A DNA stretch of 64,000 bases from an uncultured archaeon (GTDB taxonomy: Archaea > Aenigmatarchaeota > Aenigmatarchaeia > Aenigmatarchaeales > JAHLMS01): positions 66,690 to 130,689 of the forward strand of contig CAYGWB010000005.1 of assembly GCA_964353775.1 (NCBI GenBank). Reading direction: 5' to 3'. The position numbers were made by a program, and so were the translations under genes. Shown here piece after piece: positions 1 to 10,484 of this stretch. Every line of letters begins with the position of its first letter. Position 1 is the stretch's first letter. Below the pieces are notes generated by a model. The model was not told the origin of the DNA, searched no databases, and worked only from the letters and a program-made list of their open reading frames with translations.

Positions 1-1
1 A

Positions 2-904
2 ACGCTCGGTGCGGGATGGCTACTCACGGCCGTTGACGGTTCGTTCGGCTTCATGACAATATTCCTGGTCGCGGTCCTGTTCGGTCTTATATCCAACTTT
101 TATCTGAGCCGCATACCTGAACCCAAGTTCCATGACCATACGCGTATGAGGTCACCTTTCAAAGAATTCGCGACAGAGTTCAAGCAAAATGTCAATTTCA
201 AGCGTTTTGTGACCTTCATATTCGCATTCTATCTTGCCGTCTATGTTGCGGCGCCATTTTTTGCCGTAAGTATGCTGAGAGATTTCGGCCTGAGCTATGA
301 CGTTTATGCGCTAATAATGGCGGTCAGTATACTTGCGACAATCGTTTCACAGCCCTATTGGGGACGTCTGGCCGACCGTTTCGGTGACAGGGCGATAATG
401 GCAGTATGTGTAATATTCGCCACATTGGTGCCCGGTCTGTGGTTGTTTGTTCGTGGTCCGATTGACATAGTAGTCGTGCAGCTGTTCTCTGCTTTTGGAT
501 GGGCGGGTCTCGATCTTGCTACTTTCAACTATCTGCTCGGGGTTACCAGTCACAAGCCCAGCTACATAGCCAACTACAGCATGCTCTCAGGTATCGCGAT
601 ATTTGTCGGCCCGTTAGTAGGAGGTGCGCTTGCTGAATCGGGTCTTGTTGTGGCCGGCCTCGCTGGCCTGTCGGCCGTCTTCTTCATCTCCTTCATACTA
701 CGTATCGTCTTCTCCGCGATATTGATTCCAGGTCTGGTAGAGGTAAGGCCGGCCAAATGGGTGCCGCCAACTCCCGTTCTACTGTGGAAGTCGGTGACGA
801 TATACCCGTTCAGGTTCTTCAGGCACGAGTTCGCTACCGCGCAACACTATGTCTACCATCACAGGCCAAGACGCGGAATTGTTTCGACTATTTTGCGGCG
901 CTGA
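2..904 (+). CDS. MFS-type transporter, C-terminal part (5' end lies outside window)
   Basis: Frame is open from nt 2. Series of hydrophobic helices. MFS inter-helix loop signature WGRLADRFGDR. Stop at 902-904. Confidence 0.6.
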   Translation, partial: TLGAGWLLTAVDGSFGFMTIFLVAVLFGLISNFYLSRIPEPKFHDHTRMRSPFKEFATEFKQNVNFKRFVTFIFAFYLAVYVAAPFFAVSMLRDFGLSYDVYALIMAVSILATIVSQPYWGRLADRFGDRAIMAVCVIFATLVPGLWLFVRGPIDIVVVQLFSAFGWAGLDLATFNYLLGVTSHKPSYIANYSMLSGIAIFVGPLVGGALAESGLVVAGLAGLSAVFFISFILRIVFSAILIPGLVEVRPAKWVPPTPVLLWKSVTIYPFRFFRHEFATAQHYVYHHRPRRGIVSTILRR

Positions 905-2024
905 CAATAGAAACTATATCGCAATCCGCCAGTTGGTAATTCGCGCCCAACCGCATCTTTTTCCTGCCGTCCATCGCATACAGGAAACCCTTGCCTATGT
1001 CCGCGTGGATCTTGAACGCGAGGTCTCGGGGCGTACTGCCCAGCGGCATCAGGTAGACGTCCGGCAACAAGTTTCCTTTGCTGTCCGTCCATTTGTTCGC
1101 ATCCATGACCGGGTAGACGGCCCTGTATTTCAGCAGGTCAAAGACAGCATTATTCAGTATGTTCTGAACGCCGGTGCTCCCATACTTCGCAAGCACGTTC
1201 TTCTTTATGAACTCGAGCGCGGCGGCCTGCTGCTTTGAGAGCTTGTCGCTGACTATCTCGAAATCCGAAGAGCCTGAAATGTATTTTATCAATCCGTTCT
1301 TTGCCGCGCCGCGCAACGCTACCTCCGATTCGGCGCTTACAGGAACGATGAGCAGGTGCGGAAACTCTTTCTTCAGCCGTTCGATGTTTGCTTTGGCGGT
1401 CGGCATGTCCGCCTTGTTTGCGGCAATGACCAGAGGTTTTGAAAGCAGACGGAGCTCGTGAGCGAGTTTCGACGGCTCCAGGCCGGCCTTCGCTATCGCG
1501 GCGTCGACATGTTCGCGGCGGATGCCTATGCCGGCCAGAACTTCCGCAGCTTTCCCCCTTTCTTTTATTTTTTCGATGTTCCGCTTTATCACATCGGTGA
1601 ACCAGAGCTCGATCTCGTTCTCAAGGAAGCGGACGTCGTTCGCAGGATCGTACCCTTCGGTCGGGTTGCCTTCCGCATCCGTTGTTCCGGCCGCATCGAT
1701 CACGTGTATGAGCAGGTCTGCGGGAACGAGATCGTTGAGGAACTGGTTTCCAAGGCCCTTGCCTTCGTGCGCTCCGGGTACCAGTCCGGCCACGTCCAGC
1801 AGCTTAACCGGTATCAACCGCGTCCCATCCGAGCACATGGAATTGTTCGGTTTGCATGACTTTTTCAGTTCGCTGTGGGGGCATTTAGCAGTAACATATC
1901 CTATTCCCACATTCGGTTTTATCGTCACGAACGTCCGGTTGGATATCTCTACGTCTATGAGCGTGGCTGCCTTGAAGAAAGAGCTCTTGCCAGTATTGGT
2001 CTTACCAACAATGCCTATCTGCAT
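888..2024 (-). CDS. YchF/OLA1-family (Obg-like) GTPase/ATPase with C-terminal TGS-like domain
   Basis: G1 GKTNTGKS, G3 DVAGLV, G4 NKAD. Length and C-terminal beta-grasp-like tail are typical of archaeal YchF-like proteins. Confidence 0.8.
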   Translation of the reverse strand: MQIGIVGKTNTGKSSFFKAATLIDVEISNRTFVTIKPNVGIGYVTAKCPHSELKKSCKPNNSMCSDGTRLIPVKLLDVAGLVPGAHEGKGLGNQFLNDLVPADLLIHVIDAAGTTDAEGNPTEGYDPANDVRFLENEIELWFTDVIKRNIEKIKERGKAAEVLAGIGIRREHVDAAIAKAGLEPSKLAHELRLLSKPLVIAANKADMPTAKANIERLKKEFPHLLIVPVSAESEVALRGAAKNGLIKYISGSSDFEIVSDKLSKQQAAALEFIKKNVLAKYGSTGVQNILNNAVFDLLKYRAVYPVMDANKWTDSKGNLLPDVYLMPLGSTPRDLAFKIHADIGKGFLYAMDGRKKMRLGANYQLADCDIVSIVSAAK

Positions 2025-2048
2025 ACAGACAGTTGAGCAAGGCTGTAT

Positions 2049-2339
2049 TTATTTTCGTCTTTTCCCTACTCGTCCGAACTTCCAGCCCATTGTGTAGGCT
2101 ATCTCGAACATTACGAGCAAGGAAAGCGCGGCGTTTATTGACGTGAAGACTATATCAGCCTTTAGCCACGAGTAGACGAATAGCAGTATGGTTCCAATCA
2201 GATAGATGCCAGCGAAGCGCAAGTCCACCAATTTTTTGTGGCGCTCGACGGCCTCCCACATCTCATAGCTCCATGCAGCTGCTATCATCAATGCCCCGCC
2301 GATTCCGATCCATAACACGTTTGCTGCGATGTCAAGCAT
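2049..2339 (-). CDS. small integral membrane protein, unknown function
   Basis: 96-aa ORF with three hydrophobic helices and a basic C-terminus. No family recognised. Confidence 0.4.
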   Translation of the reverse strand: MLDIAANVLWIGIGGALMIAAAWSYEMWEAVERHKKLVDLRFAGIYLIGTILLFVYSWLKADIVFTSINAALSLLVMFEIAYTMGWKFGRVGKRRK

Positions 2340-2386
2340 GAACTTTTATATAACTTGGCTTTGTATATAAAGCTAAGGCGAGAAGC

Positions 2387-2890
2387 ATGCAGGCTCCTAT
2401 CTGTGAGGTATGTCTCAATTCAGAACTTCTTTGCGCTGGCTGCGCCGACAAGCTTGCCCGCGGCGACATCACCCAGGCCGATGTCGATGTGGCGCGTACG
2501 CTTTATACAATGTCGGACAAGATACGATCGTTGAAGGACGTGAAAATACGGAAGGTCATCGATAGTAACGTGCTCATAATTGTGGCGGGCGCAGGCGACG
2601 GCGCACGGCTCGTCGGCAAGGGCGGCGCGGTCGTAAAGGATCTTGCGAAGACGTTCGGCAAGAACATCCGCGTGCTGGAGGAGAAGCCTCAGATGCGCGC
2701 CTTTGCAGCCGAACTGATAACACCGGCCACCCTGCTCGGCGTGAACACGGTCTACCGTCAGGATGGCGAGAGCTTCCGGCTTCGCGTGCCTGAAGCCCAC
2801 AGGCGAAGGCTCGTCATGGCGCCAGAGGCCATATCCGCCGTCCTCACCAGCATATACAGCTGCAAGACCGAGATAATTTTCGAACCCTAG
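2387..2890 (+). CDS. KH-domain RNA-binding protein with N-terminal zinc ribbon (NusA/KH-like)
   Basis: CEVC...CAGC at N-terminus. KH GxxG loop VGKGGAVVKDL. Sits 12 nt upstream of ABCE1. Confidence 0.5.
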   Translation: MQAPICEVCLNSELLCAGCADKLARGDITQADVDVARTLYTMSDKIRSLKDVKIRKVIDSNVLIIVAGAGDGARLVGKGGAVVKDLAKTFGKNIRVLEEKPQMRAFAAELITPATLLGVNTVYRQDGESFRLRVPEAHRRRLVMAPEAISAVLTSIYSCKTEIIFEP

Positions 2891-2902
2891 GTACTGGTTT
2901 CT

Positions 2903-4657
2903 ATGAGATTGGCAGCGATAAACAGACAGCTATGCAAACCAGAAAAGTGCAGACAGGAATGCATTGCGGTCTGTCCCATAAACCGCGCAGGAAAGAAATG
3001 TTGCTGGGTCGACGAACAGATAAAGAAGGCCCGCATCGATGAGGAGCTCTGCATAGGTTGCGGGCTCTGCGTTAAGCGTTGTCCGTTCCATGCAATAGAC
3101 GTTGTCAATACTCCTGAGAAGCTGAAGGAGACGCCGGTGCATCGTTTCGGTCTGAACGGTTTCACGCTCTTCCGTCTGCCGTTCCCTGTAAAGGGCGAGG
3201 TCGTCGGACTTCTGGGTCCGAACGGTGTTGGTAAGACCAGCGCGCTCAAAATTCTTTCCGGAGACATCATACCGAATCTAGGGACCGACAGGCCGGCCGT
3301 GCCGTCCGCGCTCGTGAAGGTGTTCCGCGGCACAGAGCTGCAGGAACATCTGGAACAGCTGACCAAGAAGAAGCTCCACGCAGTAGTCAAGCCACAGAAC
3401 ATCGAGGGCCTGTCGAAGGTCGAGGGCACGGTTGCCGAACTTTTGAACCGTTTCAATGAGCGCGGAGAAATAGAAAACATAATCAAAGAGCTCGAGTTGG
3501 TTCCGGTGCTCGAGCGTCCGTTGACCGCTCTTTCAGGCGGCGAACTGCAACGGATCGCGATAACGATTGCGGCAAGCCGTGTCGCCGACGTATATTATTT
3601 TGACGAACCGTCCAGTTATCTGGACGTCAGACAGCGCTTGGCAACTGCAAAACTCATACGCAAGCTCGCAGCGGACTCGGCCGTCATCGCGGTCGAGCAC
3701 GATCTTGCAACCTTGGATTATCTGGCCGATCGCATACACATCTTTTACGGCGTGCCTGGCGTATACGGTATAGTAAGCAAGCCGTACAGCTGCAGGGTAG
3801 GCATCAACGCGTTCCTCGACGGTTATATCAAGGAGGACAACGTGCGCTTCAGGCCTTTCCCGATAGAATTCAATGTCTCGAAGACGGCCTCCTCCACCAC
3901 CGCAAAACCTGTGCTCACTTGGGAAAAATTGACAAAGAAGTTCAAAGGCTTCTCGCTCGATATCGCCTCCGGCGAACTGCTCGAAGGAGAGGTTCTTGGA
4001 ATATTCGGTGCGAATGCCCTGGGAAAGACAACGTTCGCCAGGATGTTGGCCGGCGAGCTGAAGCCCGACAGCGGAAAAATAACAAAGACGCTAAAGATAT
4101 CCTACAAACCGCAATATCTGAGCACGGATTTCAAAGGCACTGTCTCTGAACTTCTCGGCACAGTCACGGACGTATACTCGGAAGAGTTCCGCACGGACAT
4201 ATTGCGGCCGCTCGAGCTAGAAAGACTGCTAGAGGCTAACCTGTCGACTCTTTCAGGCGGCGAACTGCAGCGAGTGGCAATCGCCATGTGCCTAGGACGG
4301 CAAGTGGAAGTCTACCTGCTCGACGAGCCTTCCGCTTTTCTAGACAGCGAACAGAGACTTGCGGCTGCAAAGGCGATAAGAAAGATGTGCGAGCGGCGCG
4401 GCTGTTCAGCACTCATAATAGATCACGACCTGCTGTTCCTGAGCTATCTAGCCGACAGGGCGATGCTGTTCTCAGGAACATCGAGCATCAATGGTTCTGC
4501 CGAACAGTTCGGATTGACAGAAGGCTTCAACAGGTTCCTGTCAGAAATTAACATAACGTTCCGCACCGATCCGGCGACCAAGCGCCCGCGTGCAAACAAA
4601 CAGGACAGCCAGGCCGACAAAGAGCAGAAATCTTCTGGAAAATATTTCATTGTCTAA
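2903..4657 (+). CDS. abce1: ABCE1 / RNase L inhibitor-type ribosome recycling ATPase
   Basis: N-terminal Fe-S Cys clusters (CKPEKCRQECIAVCP; CIGCGLCVKRCP). Two ABC cassettes with Walker A GPNGVGKT / GANALGKT and two LSGGELQR signatures. Confidence 0.95.
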   Translation: MRLAAINRQLCKPEKCRQECIAVCPINRAGKKCCWVDEQIKKARIDEELCIGCGLCVKRCPFHAIDVVNTPEKLKETPVHRFGLNGFTLFRLPFPVKGEVVGLLGPNGVGKTSALKILSGDIIPNLGTDRPAVPSALVKVFRGTELQEHLEQLTKKKLHAVVKPQNIEGLSKVEGTVAELLNRFNERGEIENIIKELELVPVLERPLTALSGGELQRIAITIAASRVADVYYFDEPSSYLDVRQRLATAKLIRKLAADSAVIAVEHDLATLDYLADRIHIFYGVPGVYGIVSKPYSCRVGINAFLDGYIKEDNVRFRPFPIEFNVSKTASSTTAKPVLTWEKLTKKFKGFSLDIASGELLEGEVLGIFGANALGKTTFARMLAGELKPDSGKITKTLKISYKPQYLSTDFKGTVSELLGTVTDVYSEEFRTDILRPLELERLLEANLSTLSGGELQRVAIAMCLGRQVEVYLLDEPSAFLDSEQRLAAAKAIRKMCERRGCSALIIDHDLLFLSYLADRAMLFSGTSSINGSAEQFGLTEGFNRFLSEINITFRTDPATKRPRANKQDSQADKEQKSSGKYFIV

Positions 4658-5268
4658 ATGTGCTTTATTATTTTTTGTATTCTGTCCCATGGCATGCTCA
4701 ACCAGAGCGCGCCTAGCAACAGGCCGTTCGCGGCACCCACGATCACATCCAACACCCAGTGAGCACCCAGGCCTACCCTGGATAGTGCTATCAGTCCTGC
4801 GAAGACAAGAAGCGGTGTCCGCGCCTTCGGATAATAACTACCGATTATCACAGCCGCCATGAATGCGAGCTGGGCGTGCCCCGAAGGCATGCTATTGCCG
4901 GATAGGAACGGAAAATATTGCTGTTCGAACTCGAATGTGTTCAATCCAAACGGCGGCCTGGGTGTGGCAATCACACTCTTTAGGACGAACGCCACTGCTG
5001 CATTGAGCCATATGCCAATGAACAGCACGGCCCCTACAGTACGACCTCTGATCTTTCTGCCGACCTTGCTGAACTGGCCCCAGAAGAATATTCCGGTCGC
5101 GACAACCAGCCAGGCGGTGAAAGAGCCAACGTTTGCCATGATTGTCCATATAGGAGCGGCGACTGCCAGCACATTGAAAAGCGCCAGTGACGCGACCTGA
5201 TCGCTCACTAATATGCCGTACACGACCGCGATTGAGTATGCAACGGCCATTTCGAATTCGCGACGCAT
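4654..5268 (-). CDS. PAP2-family membrane phosphatase
   Basis: PAP2 motifs KSVIATPRPP, PSGH, SRVGLGAHWVLD. Start moved to the internal ATG (5266-5268) because the longest ORF (to 5331) would overlap the divergent gene. A TATA-like TTTTTATAAC lies about 25 nt upstream. Confidence 0.8.
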   Translation of the reverse strand: MRREFEMAVAYSIAVVYGILVSDQVASLALFNVLAVAAPIWTIMANVGSFTAWLVVATGIFFWGQFSKVGRKIRGRTVGAVLFIGIWLNAAVAFVLKSVIATPRPPFGLNTFEFEQQYFPFLSGNSMPSGHAQLAFMAAVIIGSYYPKARTPLLVFAGLIALSRVGLGAHWVLDVIVGAANGLLLGALWLSMPWDRIQKIIKHI

Positions 5269-5308
5269 ATAAAGATTTGGAGCTGTTATAAAAAGAGATG
5301 GTGGGTCG

Positions 5309-5893
5309 ATGCAATACTGGTATAAGGGCATGAAGATTGGGCTTGCTAAAGACGTTTACGAGCCTCTAGAAGATTCTGAACTTTTGGCCGAAGCACTTGA
5401 GCAAGATATGAAATCAGGCCTTGTCGTACTGGATATGGGCTGCGGTTGCGGCCTGCTCGGCATGATAGCCGCAAGGGCCGGCTGTGACGTGACAGCTGTT
5501 GACGCGAATCCGGAGGCCATCAGACTCGCATCTCTCAATGCCAAACTCAATGATGTCAAAATAGAGTGTCTTGTTTCTAACCTTTTTGAAAAAATCAACG
5601 CCAGATTCGATATTATTGTATTCAACCCGCCATATCTGCCAGACAAGGACGATGTTAAAGGCAGCGAGATATGGAGCAACCGAAACGTCATCGAAGATTT
5701 CATCGAAAAAGCGGCCGGCCATCTAAGACCGAACGGACGCATCCTGCTTCTTGTCAGCTCACTTACTCCGACATCGGATGTTATTGACAGACTTGCAAGG
5801 GCGGGTTTCAATGCTGAAATAGTCGCACAACGCAAGGTCCCGTGGGAAGTCCTGTCCGTAATACGCGCCGAATTGCAAAGCGATAATTTATAA
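5309..5893 (+). CDS. HemK/Mtq2-like N5-glutamine (release factor) methyltransferase
   Basis: SAM motif I VLDMGCGCG and NPPY motif (VFNPPYLP). About 190 aa, as for archaeal Mtq2 homologs. The start could instead be the ATG at 5330. Confidence 0.7.
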   Translation: MQYWYKGMKIGLAKDVYEPLEDSELLAEALEQDMKSGLVVLDMGCGCGLLGMIAARAGCDVTAVDANPEAIRLASLNAKLNDVKIECLVSNLFEKINARFDIIVFNPPYLPDKDDVKGSEIWSNRNVIEDFIEKAAGHLRPNGRILLLVSSLTPTSDVIDRLARAGFNAEIVAQRKVPWEVLSVIRAELQSDNL

Positions 5894-5916
5894 GTCAGCT
5901 TTCGAATTATTTAGGC

Positions 5917-8900
5917 ATGCGAGCCAAACTGCTGATAGCCGTACTTCTGGTGTTCCTTCTAATTATCCCGCTGGCATCGGCAAAGAGCGTAGTTTTCATC
6001 ACTGGGAACGATACCTGCCACAGGGGCAGCTGCAGTTGCTTGAGCAGCGAAGAAACGTCATTCTGCAACAGGCTTAAAACCAATCTCGGTTATAACGTCA
6101 CGATAATCGGCGAAAGTTATGTCATAGCCAATGACACCTTCGAATGGTCACAATGGGCCAACGCATCTGACCTCATTTTCCTCGGCAGCACCACCAATCG
6201 CACAGCCAACATCAGCTCCGAAGACCACCAAAAGTTCTGCAGCAACGTGTCGCTCTTCGTTCCCGCACACAAGATATTCGCGACCTTCACCAACGCTTAC
6301 ATGAACGGCACAAACACCAGCGGATGTGCCTTCGATACGCCGCTCAGCATGGTCGAATGGTCGACCGCGACCAACAACAGCTGCGCCTCACCTTCCGGCT
6401 TTCGCAAGCTCGTTGACGGTTACATCACTTCCGGCATGGTTAACGAACCCGCGCTTTACACTACCACCTATCCGGTTAAGATGCACGGACCGGCATCACC
6501 GTCCAGTCCGGTCGGCTGGATAGGTGTGGCCTGTCCCAATCCGACAGGCGTATTTTCCGTCGTCAATACTACGGACAAGGGTGTGTTCTGGGGCCTCGAC
6601 AAGCCGTCCATTTTTACAGCAGATGCTTGGAGTCTTTTTGACAGGACCATATGGAACGTACTTAACGAGACCGGATGGACAGTAACGCCGTACATGATAC
6701 CTTCCATGCCCACAGCCAATGTGAGTGCGATGGTAGTGGCAAAAGTTATGGAGCGCGGCCTGCCAATCAACAGCACGAATACGGTAAACTTCACGCTTAA
6801 TTCGGTTTTGGGCAATCTTGTCTACCAGAGCGGCTACTGGATCAGCAGCCTTGTGACAGTTCCGTCAGTCGGGAGCTATACGCTTAACGTCACTGGCTGG
6901 GACCCGTACGCGTTGCGCGGTTCGGCTTCAAAGTCGGTGGCAGTCGGCAACCTAACGGTCTCAATACTGTCCGGAGACTATGCACCAGGCGATAACTACG
7001 TGGTCATAGCGAACGTTACGGACAACGGCACGTTCGTGCCGGCCAACGTCAATGTCACCATATGGAACTACACAAGCTGGACGCCTGTATCCTCTTCGGT
7101 CATGTCCAGCCCAGGCGCGTACTACACGATGACCATAATCGGCATCCAGACGGCCGGATGGCGGGAGCCGCTGCTAATCGAAGTGACTGCCATCAATGGC
7201 TCGTACAGCGGCGGAAATTACAAGCAGATAAACATCGCCACGTTCCTATCCGGCAATCTGACGAGTGACAAGACAAGCTACAAGCCGGGCGAACTAGTAA
7301 GCCTGAATTTAATGACCAACGCCACGCCGAACGTTACGGCTGTCAATATGACGGTTTTGGATCCCGCAAACATATCGACACCATTGGGAACGATGACCCG
7401 TATCAATTCTACGTTGTGGACGCTGAACTACACTTTATCGCCGAGCAGTCTGAACGGGACGCACACATTCAATGCCAGCTTCACGGACGGGGTCCGAACC
7501 AGTTGGGCTTCGAGCAGAGCGGACGTGAAGGCCTATGACTTGTATTTCTCAAAAAACAAGGCCGTTTATTCGACAGGCGAACCGGTTGTAATGACAGTTC
7601 AGATACTGAACCCGTACACGACCGGTATCAACTTCAGCATAGTCATCAACGTCACGAGCCCGTCCAACAACACGACTGTTGTAGGCAACGGTAACATAAG
7701 CGGTGCCGGCAGCTGGAACACGAGCTGGACGATACCGATGACGTCACCGGAAGGCAGCTATAAAATAAATGCGTCGATAAAAGACAGCGCCAACCCTCTG
7801 CGCATGACATTTTTGACGGACACCTTCAGCGTAAATGCGACGCCTTATGTTTCCGTATCTCCGATTTCATGGTCACTTAACGCGACAGCGGCCAAGCGCT
7901 ACAACCAGACATTCGTGATAAACAACAGCGGCGCCGTAGACTTCGTGAACATGACCATTGTCCCAAGCTCAGGCATCGCGCCGTTCGTTGACATAACGTC
8001 GGCCAACATATCCTCGCTCCCGCACGGCAACACCACAAATTTCACCGTTGGCTGGAACGCAAGCGCGCCGGTCAATCTCTCCGGTACGATAACAATCGCC
8101 GCCGTGAACCAGTCGCTTTTAGCGTCCATACCAGTGACTCTGAGCATGTCGGCGTCCGCAGGCCCGCCGCCAGTGCAGAACTGGCTGTCAGTCAACCCTG
8201 CAACACTAATCATGACCACCACCATTGTCATCATAACAAACAGCGAATTCACACTTTCAAATTCTGGAACAGCGGACCTGACTGACATAACTGTAAACGT
8301 AGGTGACGAACTGACAGGCATTGTTAAAGTTACTGAAAAGCCAGACAGGGTGCCGGCATCAGGAACAGCAATACTCAAGCTGAGCGTTGATACGACAGAC
8401 GCGACCGAAGGCGTCCGTGCCGGAACAATAGCCATCAGAAGCTCGAGCGGATCGACTGAAATAACGGCCAACATAAAGATCGTCGGCAACCTCGCGGAGA
8501 AGGCCGACACGCTCTATTTGCAGTTGGCCGGGCTCAGCGCCAACGTTTCAGACCTGGCCGATAAAGGCAAGAACGTCACCTCGATCAGGACGTTGATAGA
8601 GGCCGCATCAGCCGCCATAACCGCGGCGCGCTCAGCTTGGCAGGCAGGCGACTATGAGACAGCTGACACCAAGATATCCGAGGCCGAATCGAGCATCGGC
8701 AGCATCCAGACGGCCCTGACTTCACTGGCAACCGCGCCCATCGAATCGAAAAAGGTGGGCGGCGTCATATGGGCGGTCGCCGCTGTCATAATAATTATGA
8801 TAGTCGGACTCACGGTGTTCAAGTTCAAGGACCAGCTTAAGGCTCTCATCGACCGCCTGCTCAAACGCAAGCCGAAAGCGCCACCTTCCCAACCCCAAGA

Positions 8901-8997
8901 ATACGGTAGTTATCCGGAACAGGAGCAGGGACCGCCGCCTGAGGAGGCTCCGCCAGAAGAGGAACGCGAGGGCCGCTACCGAACCGAATGGTATTAA
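5917..8997 (+). CDS. large secreted cell-surface (S-layer-like) glycoprotein with C-terminal TM anchor
   Basis: N-terminal signal peptide MRAKLLIAVLLVFLLIIPLASA. Dozens of N-x-S/T sequons. C-terminal helix GGVIWAVAAVIIIMIVGLTVF followed by a basic then Pro/Glu-rich tail. Confidence 0.75.
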   Translation: MRAKLLIAVLLVFLLIIPLASAKSVVFITGNDTCHRGSCSCLSSEETSFCNRLKTNLGYNVTIIGESYVIANDTFEWSQWANASDLIFLGSTTNRTANISSEDHQKFCSNVSLFVPAHKIFATFTNAYMNGTNTSGCAFDTPLSMVEWSTATNNSCASPSGFRKLVDGYITSGMVNEPALYTTTYPVKMHGPASPSSPVGWIGVACPNPTGVFSVVNTTDKGVFWGLDKPSIFTADAWSLFDRTIWNVLNETGWTVTPYMIPSMPTANVSAMVVAKVMERGLPINSTNTVNFTLNSVLGNLVYQSGYWISSLVTVPSVGSYTLNVTGWDPYALRGSASKSVAVGNLTVSILSGDYAPGDNYVVIANVTDNGTFVPANVNVTIWNYTSWTPVSSSVMSSPGAYYTMTIIGIQTAGWREPLLIEVTAINGSYSGGNYKQINIATFLSGNLTSDKTSYKPGELVSLNLMTNATPNVTAVNMTVLDPANISTPLGTMTRINSTLWTLNYTLSPSSLNGTHTFNASFTDGVRTSWASSRADVKAYDLYFSKNKAVYSTGEPVVMTVQILNPYTTGINFSIVINVTSPSNNTTVVGNGNISGAGSWNTSWTIPMTSPEGSYKINASIKDSANPLRMTFLTDTFSVNATPYVSVSPISWSLNATAAKRYNQTFVINNSGAVDFVNMTIVPSSGIAPFVDITSANISSLPHGNTTNFTVGWNASAPVNLSGTITIAAVNQSLLASIPVTLSMSASAGPPPVQNWLSVNPATLIMTTTIVIITNSEFTLSNSGTADLTDITVNVGDELTGIVKVTEKPDRVPASGTAILKLSVDTTDATEGVRAGTIAIRSSSGSTEITANIKIVGNLAEKADTLYLQLAGLSANVSDLADKGKNVTSIRTLIEAASAAITAARSAWQAGDYETADTKISEAESSIGSIQTALTSLATAPIESKKVGGVIWAVAAVIIIMIVGLTVFKFKDQLKALIDRLLKRKPKAPPSQPQEYGSYPEQEQGPPPEEAPPEEEREGRYRTEWY

Positions 8998-9027
8998 CTT
9001 AAAAGTCCGCTGAACGATTTTTCTTTA

Positions 9028-9855
9028 ATGCCAACAAACGTTACGGCCGAGTTCGTCCACGCCCAATCGCGCTATATTTCTGCCAAGACAAGGGAGGAAA
9101 AGATGGCCGCGCTCGAGGAGATGCTCGCTACTGTTCCTAAACATAAGGGAACGGAACATCTTCAGGCCGAGATACGCTCTAAGCTCGCCAAGCTGCGCGT
9201 TCAGAAGATTTCGAAGGCTGCGAGAGGCAGCATTTCTGTATCAAAAGAGGGCGACGCCCAGATAGCGATAATCGGTCCCACTCAGGCCGGCAAGAGCTCG
9301 CTTCTGTCGAAACTCACAAACGCCAAACCAAAGATATCCGACATACCGTTCACGACAACGAGGCCTGAGGTCGGTGTTGCCGAATGGAAAGGTGTCAAGT
9401 TCCAGCTCATCGAGATACCTTCCACGTTCGAACCGTCGATGATGTCCATAGCAGCTAACTCGGACGGCATACTTGTCGTTCTCGACCCGAGGCACAATCT
9501 GACCGAACAGAGAGAAAAAATCCGCGAGCTATTCTCAAAATTCAGGATACGCAAACCATATGTCGAGATAGCCGGCCGAACGATCCTTGACGCGGACCAA
9601 TTGAAGGCCGACATTTGGAAGATGCTCGGCCTGATTCGCATCTATACGAAAGAGCCCGGCAAGAAACCGGAGACCAAAGCGCTCGTGCTCAAGGAAGGTG
9701 CGACTATCCGGAAGGCTGCATCAGCAATACACAAGGATTTCCTAAAGTTCTTCAGGTTTGCAAAGGTCTGGGGCAGCGCCAAATATCCGGGCGACCGCGT
9801 GGGCCTGGGCTACCACCTGAAGGATGGAGACATCCTGGAAATACATGCAGGATAG
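9028..9855 (+). CDS. DRG-like GTP-binding protein with C-terminal TGS domain (degenerate G3/G4)
   Basis: G1 GPTQAGKS, G2 region IPFTTTRPEVG, TGS-like C-terminus (GDILEIH). EIPS occupies the DxPG position and I see no NKxD. Confidence 0.6.
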   Translation: MPTNVTAEFVHAQSRYISAKTREEKMAALEEMLATVPKHKGTEHLQAEIRSKLAKLRVQKISKAARGSISVSKEGDAQIAIIGPTQAGKSSLLSKLTNAKPKISDIPFTTTRPEVGVAEWKGVKFQLIEIPSTFEPSMMSIAANSDGILVVLDPRHNLTEQREKIRELFSKFRIRKPYVEIAGRTILDADQLKADIWKMLGLIRIYTKEPGKKPETKALVLKEGATIRKAASAIHKDFLKFFRFAKVWGSAKYPGDRVGLGYHLKDGDILEIHAG

Positions 9856-9890
9856 CAAATGTTATATAGTCTTCTGTACAGTTAGTTGAC

Positions 9891-10256
9891 ATGCCAACCG
9901 AACGTTCCGACATGCCTGACAACTGGTATCAGACCGTTGATAAGGCCAAGACCAAGGCCAAGAAGATGCTGCAGCAGACCGTGGCGGTCGACCAGAACAC
10001 CTCCGTGGTCGTGGGCAAGCTCATAGCTGTCGACATAGACACTCTATGGCGGGCCAAGTTCCCTTATTGCAGGCTAACAATCGAGAACCCTGTGCGTTAC
10101 AGACCGGACGGCAACTTCGAGTGCAAGATGGGCGATACGGAGCTTTTTTTCGTCAACAAGCCCGATATGGTTATGAACATGAACGAACTGAACACGAGGT
10201 TCCCTGGCGTCCGTGCCGGTTCAGCCACAAAAATAAAGAGCGGGGAGTTCGGATAA
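9891..10256 (+). CDS. hypothetical protein
   Basis: 121-aa ORF. Its stop overlaps the start region of the next ORF (TAAGATG). No family recognised. Confidence 0.4.
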   Translation: MPTERSDMPDNWYQTVDKAKTKAKKMLQQTVAVDQNTSVVVGKLIAVDIDTLWRAKFPYCRLTIENPVRYRPDGNFECKMGDTELFFVNKPDMVMNMNELNTRFPGVRAGSATKIKSGEFG

Positions 10257-10257
10257 G

Positions 10258-10446
10258 ATGGCTACCACGAACCTTCAATCGAAAAGGGCAGAAGAAGACA
10301 TATTCTGTCCGAAGTGCCGTTCCGAGAAGCTCCTGATCATCGAGGGCTCGCTGACCAAGTGGGTCACCTGTCCGAGATGCAAGTTCAAGAAGCTCATGGC
10401 AAAGACCGATAATCGGACAGTAAGGGTCACGTCTCTGATGAAGTAA
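10258..10446 (+). CDS. small zinc-ribbon protein
   Basis: CPKC...CPRC four-Cys ribbon in 62 aa. Start is 2 nt after the upstream stop. Confidence 0.45.
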   Translation: MATTNLQSKRAEEDIFCPKCRSEKLLIIEGSLTKWVTCPRCKFKKLMAKTDNRTVRVTSLMK

Positions 10447-10484
10447 GATTCTAATTTTAAATAGCGGCTAAGATAACCTATAGC

